Source: Octopus bimaculoides (taxonomy: Eukaryota). Taken from it: a stretch of 32,779 bases of DNA. The translations under genes and the position numbers were made by a program. The stretch's first letter is position 1. Every line of letters starts with the position of its first letter. The notes under the pieces were generated by a model. The model searched no databases and was not told the origin of the DNA. It worked only from the letters and a program-made list of their open reading frames with translations. Shown here piece by piece: positions 23,431 through 32,779 of the stretch. Location of the stretch: assembly GCF_001194135.2 (NCBI RefSeq), contig NC_069001.1, forward strand, positions 30,596,427 to 30,629,205, in the 5' to 3' direction.

Positions 23431-24268
23431 AATATATATATATATATGTGCGTCTGTGTGTACAAGAATATTTCCCATATTGTGAAATTATCATTTATTT
23501 TAACATCTGTTTTACTTTCAGACAATTTTATTTTTCTTCTCACATTCCCAAATTTGCAGCGAGCGTATATGAATTATTGTTGTTTCTTTTACTTTCTTTC
23601 TATTATTTCACATTCTAATAATATTATTTGTCTATATTTACAAAGTTTCAATAGATTCATTTAACGGTTATTTACGTGTATTCATTTTCTTTTGTGGAAA
23701 TGTTCTTGCCTTTTGTTTCAACAATTCATCTGAGATTAATTTTCTAAGATTTTTAATATTCTATACAGTCACATGCTCTCAATTCTTAAATTCTTATTTC
23801 GACTTGGTGGTACACAAAAAGAAGCATGTGCTATAAGTAATACATACATTTATATAGAAGTGAATACGTGTTTTAGGTGTGGTGGAATGTAGGATGCATT
23901 TATGTATTTATTTGAATGCTGTTATAGTTCTCCGTTACTGAAATGAAACCCTCCATGGTAACGATCTGAAAAGTCAAGTCTCCAGTGAAGTAAGCACACA
24001 TTCTACTCGCAGATACCAGAGGAGTGAAAGAAGATAACACAGTCAACACTGCCATGGACAATTGTAATTCTGTACTGAGCGATGTTTCTCATACGTTTAT
24101 ATGCAAACAAAATACATATGTGTGTACATATGTACACAGAGTAAACAAGACTATTTCGAAAATGGAAGCTAACATCTTTCTCCATGTTGTCGGCTTGAAA
24201 AATTGCATTAACACACACATACATACTTATATATATATATACACACACACACACAATTATCTACATAT

Positions 24269-24671
24269 ATGCGTATAAGAAAGAATGACCACTAGGTGGA
24301 CATCCAATATGCTAGAAAGAGATCATCAATGACCCAACCACAAAAGAAAAATCATGTTCTCCAGAAAAAATTCAGCAACAACATCAGAGTTTAGGCGGGC
24401 AGGACACGGTCGTCTCGGCGTTTCTTCGCCGCTTCGGTCGTCCGGCGTGCCGAGTCGTCGGCTGGCCGGTTTGGCGTCGAGGTGTCGCGCGCGTTTTTGA
24501 CGATAAAAATTTTCATTTTCATATTTTTTTCATTTGGTCCTGCCCGCCTAAGCTCTGGTGTTTTTGCTGAATTTTTTCTGGAGAACATTTTTTCTTCTGT
24601 GGTTGGGTTATTGATGACCTCTTTCTAGTATATTGGATGTCCACCTAGTGGTCATCCCTTCTTATACGCAT
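24269..24671. mobile_element. MITE/fold-back element with about 135-bp TIRs and a CpG-rich spacer
   Basis: Arms 24269-24405 and 24537-24671 are imperfect reverse complements (atgcgtataagaa...gaccactaggtggacatccaata...ttaggcgggcaggac). Confidence 0.9.
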
Positions 24672-24764
24672 GTAATACAATTTTTCTGAATTATCAGATT
24701 TTTTAGATGCTAGACCACTGGTTTTGAATTGAAATTAACATTCAATTTATCACCCTCAGTATAA

Positions 24765-24794
<30 letters not shown>

Positions 24795-24796
<2 letters not shown>

Positions 24797-25012
24797 TCTT
24801 TTATTCTTTTACTTGTTTCAGATATTTGACGACGGCCATCCTGGAACACTGTGTTAAAGCGCGTTAGTCGAATAATTCGACCCCAAAGTTTATTCTTTCT
24901 ACGACTAGCAATTATTCTATCGGTTTCTATGCCTAAACTACTAAGTTAAAGGGGTATGAACACACTAGCATCGGTCCTCAGGCGATGACACGGGGACAAA
25001 CACAGATACACA
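24795..25012 (-). mobile_element. SINE family 2 3' half
   Basis: Reverse complement of the 14500-14700 segment (cttttacttgtttcag...gcggccat-like, actactaagtta-aggggta-gaacac). Confidence 0.7.
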
Positions 25013-25262
25013 TAAAAAAATACATCCATGTGGTGGTGAAGCAACCTTCATACCACACAGTCACGCGCGCACCTAAATATATATACATGTATGTGTGTGT
25101 GTGTGTGTGTGTGTGTATTTATTCATATATATGTATATATATATATATATATAACTTTTCTGTTTCAATTCTTTCAGTTGATTGAGGAATTTAGGCTGCG
25201 CCTATGAGTGAACATCACCTTGAACACTTTTCAATAGAATGAGTTAACCTTTTCCTTTCTTT

Positions 25263-25370
25263 TGTTTCAGACTGGGTACTTAATTTGTCGGTATTTCTGC
25301 CAAACCGCTAACATACAGTGAGGTAAACGAACCGAAAGCAGTTGTCAAGCAGTGGTGTTAGGCAAACACA
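25263..25370 (-). mobile_element. SINE family 2 fragment
   Basis: gtacttaatttgtcgg...ccaaaccgctaa...gttgtcaagcagtgg matches family 2 in reverse. Confidence 0.6.
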
Positions 25371-25371
25371 G

Positions 25372-25494
25372 TCACGAACTGGATCTCGACTGAAGAGAGA
25401 AAACTCCGAATGACCTGTCCCTGTTTTCTTTGTATCGTCTATCTCAATGTTTTGTCCCTTTCTTGTATCACCTAACTGAAAGAATTTAATAAAA
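25372..25494 (+). repeat. Isolated LINE 3'UTR/tail fragment
   Basis: tgttttgtccctttcttgtatcacctaactgaaagaatttaataaaa resembles the Tx1-like tail at 31628-31679; the upstream part matches 1056-1115. Confidence 0.55.
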
Positions 25495-25972
25495 TGATTT
25501 TAAAATTATATTTAAAAAAAAATATAGAATATTACTGGATTCAATGATGAAAATCATCCTATCAAATATTTTGTTAAATTTTATAAAAAAAAGATGTTTG
25601 AATAAAAAAAAACAGCTTATTTACTGTTTGGAGGTCGAAAACATGTTCGTTGAAGTCTTCTTTATGCATAGTTTGCTTTAGAGTTCAAGGTTATAGATAG
25701 GGGAGTGTAGTTGTTTTTTGTCTAAAAAAATATCGCAGGGTTTCTGCCAAGAGAGTGACTTAAAAGCATCTATTATAGGGGCTTTATGTCCACCTGTGTG
25801 TGAGTATGCGAATATGAATTTATGTAAAGGGGTTAGTACTAAAATCTCTGTAAGAGATAAACGCAGTAACTGTACTGGCAACTGTTTATCGCTATTTAAA
25901 TAAGGCTATACACTCTATATACGGATGTATGCGTGTGGGTGTGCGTATGCCTATATACAAATGCATATATCA

Positions 25973-26093
<121 letters not shown>

Positions 26094-26399
26094 ACTAGAT
26101 ACATACATACATAGACACACAGACAGATAGATAGATAGATAAAAATAATCCTTTGATGGAATTTAATACAACGTTACGCGTATTACCCCTGACACACACA
26201 CACACACGCATATACAGGGGTTGAACAAAATAATGGAAACACCTACCATCATGGTATCATAATTATGAAATATCTATAAAACAGTCAAAAGCTTGTTTAT
26301 ATTGATGGCGTTTTTTTACCAGTGTCGCTCAATATGTTTCACTGGAATTACTGTTTCTTTTCAGATATCATCAGAAAAAGGTAATTAAAATTCTTTAAA

Positions 26400-26621
26400 A
26401 TGACAGATCTATCGGACTTTCAAAGAGGTCAAATTGGTCGTGCTCGTATGGCAATTGCTAGCGTAACGAAAAGAGCCGAAATATTTGGTGTATCAAGAAG
26501 TACTGCCTCGAAAATAATGATTTCCCTTCATTGGAGAATTAATAGTCAAGTTTATTTAAACATTTTATCTTATTAAATTCACCCTATGGTTGCAAAACTG
26601 CTTCCAGATGGAAATGCAATT
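26400..26621 (+). pseudogene. Tc1-like transposase remnant
   Basis: MTDLSDFQRGQIGRARMAIASVTKRAEIFGVSRSTASKIM (paired-like HTH) fused in frame to ISLHWRINSQVYLNILSY*IHPMVAKLLPDGNAI (region just before the second catalytic Asp). The central part is deleted. Confidence 0.75.
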
Positions 26622-26768
26622 ATTGTTGTTGTTGTTGTTATTATTATTACTATTATTGTTGTTAAATTCAAATTACGACAAACGTAAATAAACAAACGAA
26701 GTTTGCTTTTAGAAGCGTTGAGTTGACTTAGAAAGTTAAAGAAGTGATTTTAAATTCTCAATCGCAGG

Positions 26769-26974
26769 ATAATGCTAATAATATAGCCTGAACAGGATAA
26801 ACTACCCCTATTTTGCAGAGAAAAGTGTAGGTGGCTAGCTGTGGACTCGAACTCACATCCCTGTGATTACGCGTAATCACAGGGATGTCAGTTCGAGTCC
26901 ACAGCTAGCCACCTACACTTTTCTCTGCAAAATAGGGGTAGTTTATCCTGTTCAGGCTATATTATTAGCATTAT
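26769..26974. repeat. 206-bp spacerless palindrome (103-bp arms, one C/C mismatch)
   Basis: Centre ttacg|cgtaa between 26871 and 26872; only 26854/26889 fails to pair. Each arm carries a B-box-like gttcgagtcc. Confidence 0.95.
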
Positions 26975-27010
26975 TGTTGTTGTTTTTGCTGTTGTTATTA
27001 TTATTATTTA

Positions 27011-27274
27011 GGTCACTGCCAGGAATCGAACTCAGAATCTTGGGGTTAATAGCCCGCGCTCTTAACCACTACACCATAATAATAACATCGAAAAAGAACC
27101 TTAAGAATGAGAACACAGGTTCGATATTTTCCCAAGAAACCTGATGAAGGATAGGCTGGGTATATCAGCCGAAATGTTTTGTCAACAACAAACAAGATGA
27201 GGACAAATATCCGTCAAATGTAAATAATATAAATAATGTACATAATTCCTCATCTCATAAATACAGTACTGTAA
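27011..27274 (+). mobile_element. Composite repeat: antisense tRNA-like head (27011-27078) joined to a hammerhead-bearing segment
   Basis: Minus strand tggtgtagtggtt (A-box-like) and gttcgattcc (B-box-like). Plus strand CTGATGA at 27141-47, ggctg/cagcc stem, GAAA at 27171-74. Homologous to 4177-4414. Confidence 0.75.
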
Positions 27275-27730
27275 ACTAAATTTGCTTGAAATTTTAAGGT
27301 GTTTCAATTATTTTGTCCAACTCCTGTCTCTGTGTGTGTGTATGTGTGCGTGCATGTGTATGAAGTCTATATATACACATATATATACACATATATTGTG
27401 CTGTGTGGTAAGTAAATATACACAAGTTGCTCGAACTCTACACACCATGTGCTAGAGGGTTCCAAACTGATTTTTATCGGCGCCAAGAGGGCTTTCTCGT
27501 GACGTCGAAGACATTAGTGGTATTAGGGGACTATTGTTGACGCACGCATCGATAGTGTTGGCTCGATCAGTAGGAAAGTAAACTCACGTCTCATAGATCT
27601 GGTTAAGCGTTTTCAGTTGGCGGATCGTTATAGACTTGACTATCCGAACGTCCCAGAGTGGACCTGGATGAGTGGCGACGGATGGTTCAAGTCTTATTTA
27701 AATAAATTAGTGATAAATATTAGAGACAAG

Positions 27731-28295
27731 GGATCTTTTTTAAAACGGGGGCCACATTTTTCATTAATGTTTTACGTAGTGTTTTTGGTACCGAAAGAAT
27801 TTCAAACTTCGTATACTTATCTATTTTGTGTTATAGAACAGAAAAATATTTTTGTATTCGAATTTATTTCATGTAAAAAATTGTCTTATTTCGATAATTT
27901 CAACCAATCACTGACGTCCATTCAGCCGATATACATTAAGTGCCGACTACATAAACAAACGATTCTTCGTTTTATTTGCTTTTTTCATTTTAAATTTGCT
28001 TTAACCGTAACCCTAACCCTAACCCTAACCCTAGGGTTAGGGTTAGGGTTAGGGTTAATTGCTTCAGAATCGTTTGTTTATGTAGTCGGCGCTTAATGTA
28101 TATCGGCTGAATGGACGTCAGTGATTGGTTGAAATTACAGAAATACGACAACTTTAACATGGAATAATTTATGGATTTCTTTTTTTTTAAGAAGACTAAG
28201 AGAAAAAGATGTTTTATATGACACATTCTACCAGTGTTCCAAGTTTCAAAGTGTTTCGTTAATGAAAAATGTGGCCCCCGTTTTAAAAAAGATCC
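27731..28295. mobile_element. 565-bp palindromic MITE, perfect 37-bp TIR, 8-bp TSD GAGACAAG (Merlin- or hAT-like)
   Basis: TIR ggatcttttttaaaacgggggccacatttttcattaa at 27731-27767 and its reverse complement at 28259-28295. TSD at 27723-27730 and 28296-28303. Inner arms 27895-27966 / 28066-28137 have 1 mismatch. Confidence 0.95.
28002..28058. repeat. Inverted telomeric repeat (TAACCC)4-5 / (GGGTTA)4 at the MITE centre
   Basis: Directly visible; symmetric about cccta|ggg at 28032/28033. Confidence 0.95.
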
Positions 28296-28652
28296 GAGAC
28301 AAGTCTAGTTTTAGTTGTCCACAGCTTATCCAGGTGTCCTACACTGACCATAGAATAGTTAAGTGTAGACTGTATATAGATAGTACACTTAAGAAAGGAC
28401 CCGGCTACTGGAAGCTGAACAAGTCTATTTTGACATGTGAGGCATACCGTATCCGGATTAGGGAGTTATTACAGATGGCGTTAACCGGTGGTGGTTCGCC
28501 CTCAAAAGAGCCATTGGTTTCGAGTCCATTAGGTTTAGCAAACAGCTAAGACTAGATAGGGCTAGAATAGAAGGGATAAGTTAAGGATTTAGAGAAGGCC
28601 TTGAGGTTGGGCTCTGCATCTCACATTCTGGTGGCGAGAAAGGTATTGGACC

Positions 28653-29149
28653 GTGTGGGAAAGCTGAACTTCGACCGTGAGGGCTTTGTTATTTGAACTG
28701 TTGCCCTCATTAAGAGGAGAAAAAAACACAATATAGGTTTCCCGTTTTGAGGGATTAATTTATGCTGTAGAATTTATTTATTTTTGAACTGTTATCCTCG
28801 TTAAGAGGAAAAAAACACATACAGGTTTCCCGTCTTTAATGTGTTCTGTGCTGTGTGGGAAAGCTGAACTTCGGCCGTGTGGGCTTTGTTATTTGAGCTG
28901 TTGTCCTCATTAAGGGGATAAAAAACACAATATAGGTTTCCCGTTTTGAGTGATTAATTTATACTGTAGGGTTTATTTATTTTTGAACTGTTATCCTCGT
29001 TAAAAGGAAAAAAACACTGCATAGGTTTCCCATCTTTGACGTGTTCTGTGCTGTGTAGGAAGACGAAACTTCAGCCGTTGTAGGCTTTATTGTTTGAAAT
29101 ATTGTCCTCATTATGAGGGGGAAAAAGTGATTATAGGTTTCCCGTTTTG
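28653..29149 (+). repeat. About 2.5 copies of a 200-bp tandem unit built from about 91 + 109-bp related subunits
   Basis: Units start gtgtggga/gtgtagga at 28653, 28853 and 29053. Each contains two gaactgtt-cctc-ttaa...aggtttccc motifs (28695, 28786). Confidence 0.9.
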
Positions 29150-29176
29150 GAAAAGTAAGCTCGTTACAGGCTCTAC

Positions 29177-31679
29177 TACTTAGCTGTCCACAGCTCGTCC
29201 AAGTAGCTTACACTGACCATAGAATGATCAAGTGTACACTGGACGCAGATAGTACAGTTAAGAGAGGATCCGGTTATTCGAAGATGAACAAGTCTAGTTT
29301 GACTTGCGGGATCTTACCGTAGCCGGATTAAGGGATTAGTACAGAGGGTGTTAACCGTCGCTGTGGTTAATAACCGATGGTGGTTCGCTGTGAAGAGTGC
29401 CATTAGTTTTGAGTCTATTAGGTTTAGCCGTCAGCTAAGACTAAATGGGGCAAGAATAGAAGGGAAACTAGTTAAGGACATAGAGGGAGCGTTGAGGTTG
29501 GGCTCTGCATCTCACATTTTGGCAGCGAGAAGGGCCTTGGACCGTCACCTCAAAGCCAATCACGAGGGGTGCAGAGTTCAGAGCTAAAGTGCACGCATTG
29601 GGCCGTGACGGAATTAATGTTGCCGGATCGGCCCGTGCGGTAAAAAGCCAGGGTGGCAATGATGCCATAATTAGGTCTTTCGTCGACGAAAACGGACGTT
29701 AGGTCGAAGGACCGGACAAGATGTGTGAAGCGCTTTACACGCACTTTGCCGAGTTGTTCGGGAGGGGCGCGACGCTGGATCATGGTGAGGCCCTTAGTGA
29801 CTTCCTGTCTCTCANNNNNNNNNNNNNNNNNNNNNNNNNNNNNNNNNNNNNNNNNNNNNNNNNNNNNNNNNNNNNNNNNNNNNNNNNNNNNNNNNNNNNN
29901 NNNNNNNNNNNNNNNNNNNNNNNNNNNNNNNNNNNNNNNNNNNNNNNNNNNNNNNNNNNNNNNNNNNNNNNNNNNNNNNNNNNNNNNNNNNNNNNNNNNN
30001 NNNNNNNNNNNNNNNNNNNNNNNNNNNNNNNNNNNNNNNNNNNNNNNNNNNNNNNNNNNNNNNNNNNNNNNNNNNNNNNNNNAGCTTGTCGGGGAAGCGC
30101 AAACTTGCGCCATCCCGGGCAGGTCGATCCACGACAATCTGCACCTTATACACTATTTCTTAGAAAGGGGTTGGAAACTTTCTGGCGCAGGGGGAGGACT
30201 GGTGCATTTAGACCAGTCTAAAGCATTTGATAGGGTCGACCATCGGTACTTAACGGCGGTCCTCGAGGAGGCTGACCTGGACCCGACCTTACACGGTTGG
30301 ATCGCTGCTTTGTATAGCGACATCGAGTCTGTCGTCAAGGTGAACGGTTTCTTTTCGAAACCAAATAGGATCGAGCGTTCAGTTCGTCAGCGATGTCTCC
30401 TGTCTGCGCTTCTGTATCTGTTGGCTCTTGGGTCATTGCTGCGGAAGTTGGAGGCACTAGGGGGTGTACCACATGATCTATAGTGTGGAAGAGGAGCTAC
30501 AGCTTATGCGGATGACATCTCCGTCATCGTGGCTGATGAGGGTCAGCTTCCTGCCGTGAAAGAGGCCATCAAAAGGAGCAAAATTAACAGGGATAAGTCA
30601 CTCGGTTTGCAACTCGGCACTTGGAGGGGCAAGCAGATGACGTCCAATAACGTCGTGGGACGTTGGACGGAAAGCCCTGTTTAGTTGCTAGGAGTCTGGT
30701 TTGGTTTAGACCTTCAGATAGAGAAAAGTTGGAGTGAGGTACCCAGCAGGGTGACTGTTCTAACCCAGACTTGGTCTGGGCGGGCGTTATCCTTGCTAGG
30801 AAGGGCGGAGGTGGACGACCAATGTTGGCAACAGGACTTCTACCACGGATTTCTATAGCGGGTTCGTGGAGTTTATGTCTGAAGGCGCCTTTTGGGGAGA
30901 CCCTAGGCTACGATGAAAATCAGTTGGTCAACCTGTTCGGGCCGGGGTATCTGGATAATTACCAGAAATCCCTAGCCTCGCAGTGTTTCCGTGCGGTGTT
31001 ACCTGTTCATGATAACTTATCAAGGCACGGGAGTGCCGTCTTGCCGACATGCCCACGATGTAAGCAGGGTAGGGAAACCGTCGTGCACAAATTCGTGGAG
31101 TGTCCGGAGTTATCGGGACTGATAGCTTTCGTCGAACAACTACTGTCAGTGATGGGAAGAGTAAAGCTATCAGCTGAGTCTATCATCGAGATTGTGCTGC
31201 CTCCTTCCCTCAACAGAGAAAGGAAGGCTTGTTTTTCCTGCATAGTAGCCATACTGAAAGAGACAGTATGGTAGACGCGTATGAAACGTATTGTGACAGG
31301 CAACTTCGTCTCCGGCCAGAGATTGGTCAACTTTTTTTAGTTATCACGTCGGTAGTAAGATTAGGCTGGTGGAGAGGAGACGTCTGCCACGTGATATGAT
31401 TGTAAAAAGGTGGAAGACGGTAGTGCACAAGCTGGGTATGAGTGACACCAGGTAGGTGAGGCCGAGTTTGGAAGTAAAACTTCTACCCGGATGGCTGGAA
31501 GTCTGTCCTTTAAATCGGATTTTTATATATTTTTAAACGTAATAAAATTGATCATGTATAAACTCATCCGAATTTTCACGTGTAATTTCCAATCGTAAAG
31601 CTACTTCACCGTCTATGTTTGTCTGTCCTGTTTTGTCCCCTCTCTGTAAATGCCTAAATGGCAAATTTCTTGAAATAAA
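29177..31679 (+). mobile_element. Tx1/L1-clade LINE copy B: disrupted ORF2 (EN end, RT, zinc-binding region) and 3'UTR
   Basis: AYTDHRMIKC; GRSIHDNL...LDQSKAFDRVDHRYL...VRQRCLLSALLY; YADD at 30505-30516; CPRCKQGRETVVHKFVEC; stop at 31453-55; tail ending gaaataaag. Multiple stops and frameshifts, one N gap. Confidence 0.93.
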
Positions 31680-32779
31680 GTATCTCGCTTCCGAGCCTGC
31701 GTCGGTCTATTCGCTGCATTGATTTTTAACAAGACGGACAGAATTTTATGAGCTGCTTGGCAGCGGTTTGTCGGTGAGTGTTGTACGGGTGGAAACGAAT
31801 GTATTCGGACCTTAGCGAGTGTGAGCTGTCCTCATCGGAGGAGGATTTCGTCAAGGCAGCAAATAGAATGGATGAGCATTTGAAAAGAGTAAAGAGTTTT
31901 GATGAAGCTGCAGAGACGAAGAAAACGGAAGTGGACCTAATTGAACTGAAGGAGCTGTGTAAGATGACACAGAAGGTGGGTGGTGATGTAAAGTTATTAC
32001 CCCTGAAAAGGGTTATGCAAAAAAAAAGACCATCACCTACAAGGTGTATGCAGTGGAGAAAAGGAAGGTGGAGCGGATCGGGATGGAAATAGTAGAAAAA
32101 GCTCAGAAGGGGCTTTCGAAGGAAGTGACGTATATAGCCAAACGAAATGGACATGGGACGGTGGTTGTCCAGTTTAGGACAGCGGAGGAGACGAAGAAGC
32201 TGGTGAGCACAACTGTAAAAACGGAAGAACTAATACTTCTACCCACGTACCTTGGAAGAAAGACTTCTATGGTGAGGGTAGAAGGAATTCCGCCGCATAT
32301 AGAAGTGGCTTGGGTAGCGGCAGCCGTCCTCGCTGGAAGTGAGGAGGCGGTGGAGGTCCTCCAAGCCACAGAGACGGAGGAAGGAGGATTTAAAGGGAAA
32401 AAAATTAGAAATTATCATAGATGCAGAGGCGAACCTGCTAGAAAATTTGGCGGAGATGGTGAGGTTGGGAGAAATAGTATTGAGAGTATGAGTAGAGGGC
32501 AGAGCACCACTTTGTTTTAGATGTGGCCAAAAGGGCCACATTAGAGCATACTGCCCTCTACAAAGGACAATGGCTGAGGATGCATTGTGGAGATGGAGGG
32601 GAAGAGAGAGGGAGAAAAGACAGAAGAAGGAAAGGAGAAAAAGGAGAAAGAATGGAAAGCTACAGAGAACAGAAGGAGTAAGAGGAAAACAAAGAAAAGA
32701 CACTGAGTATGATGTGGTACCCCAGTTCAATTTCATCCCACCCAAGACCACTCAGATTCACCTTCCCCATACAGACACC
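31680..32779 (+). mobile_element. Tx1-like LINE copy C: 5' region and frameshifted ORF1 (gag-like, CCHC knuckle), truncated by window end
   Basis: Overlapping ORF pieces 31778-32092 and 32044-32520, then VEGRAPL-CFRCGQKGHIRAYC (CX2CX4HX4C at 32513-32554), followed by a Lys/Arg/Glu-rich region. Confidence 0.85.

Larger units (their letters stand above)
26215..27326 (+). mobile_element. Internally deleted Tc1/mariner DNA transposon
   Basis: 30-bp TIRs caggggttgaacaaaataatggaaacacct (26215-26244) and aggtgtttcaattattttgtccaactcctg (27297-27326), 3 mismatches. TA on the left flank (right flank TC). Transposase remnant inside. Confidence 0.85.
27421..28654 (+). mobile_element. Tx1/L1-clade LINE copy A: AP-endonuclease fragment interrupted by a MITE
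   Basis: LLELYTP...VVLGDY (frameshift)...ADRYRLDYPNVPEWTWMSGDGWFKSYLNKLVINIRDK [MITE] SSFSCPQLIQVSYTDHRIVKC...KGPGYWKLNKSIL. The GYWKLN-S-L motif is typical of the L1/Tx1 ORF2 region after the endonuclease. Confidence 0.85.

Noticed and set aside
27011-27078. Functional tRNA gene (likewise the other A/B-box heads)
   Set aside because: No complete cloverleaf or acceptor stem; all are heads of dispersed repeats.
28002-28058. Ancestral telomere-telomere fusion site
   Set aside because: Very short and centred inside a TIR/TSD-bounded element, so it is part of the MITE.
31680-31710. Resemblance of tatctcgcttccgagcc to the U2 snRNA 5' end (a known Tx1 target)
   Set aside because: The match is short and gapped, and no further U2 sequence follows.

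Overview
AT-rich animal genomic DNA with many (TA)n/(CA)n/(GA)n/(GATA)n microsatellites and several N gaps. The repeat content suggests a cephalopod such as Octopus (inference). No host protein-coding gene can be supported with confidence, and most listed ORFs are microsatellite or gap artefacts. The window is a layered mobile-element landscape: (i) at least three tRNA-headed SINE families, including nested copies with clear target-site duplications (TSDs); (ii) a head-to-tail cluster of degenerate Tx1/L1-clade non-LTR retrotransposons at 27.4-32.8 kb (AP endonuclease, RT with YADD, C-terminal zinc-binding region, ORF1 with CCHC knuckle), plus a diverged 3' end of the same group at 456-814; (iii) an internally deleted Tc1/mariner; (iv) fold-back MITEs, one with an inverted telomeric core and an 8-bp TSD; (v) a Penelope-like GIY-YIG remnant; (vi) three hammerhead-ribozyme-like motifs; (vii) a near-perfect 206-bp spacerless palindrome. 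The most notable signal is a candidate SINE-Tx1 partnership. The young SINE subfamily carries the same 3' tail as the Tx1-like LINE ends, and two independent copies inserted at the identical position in the tRNA-like head of older SINEs.
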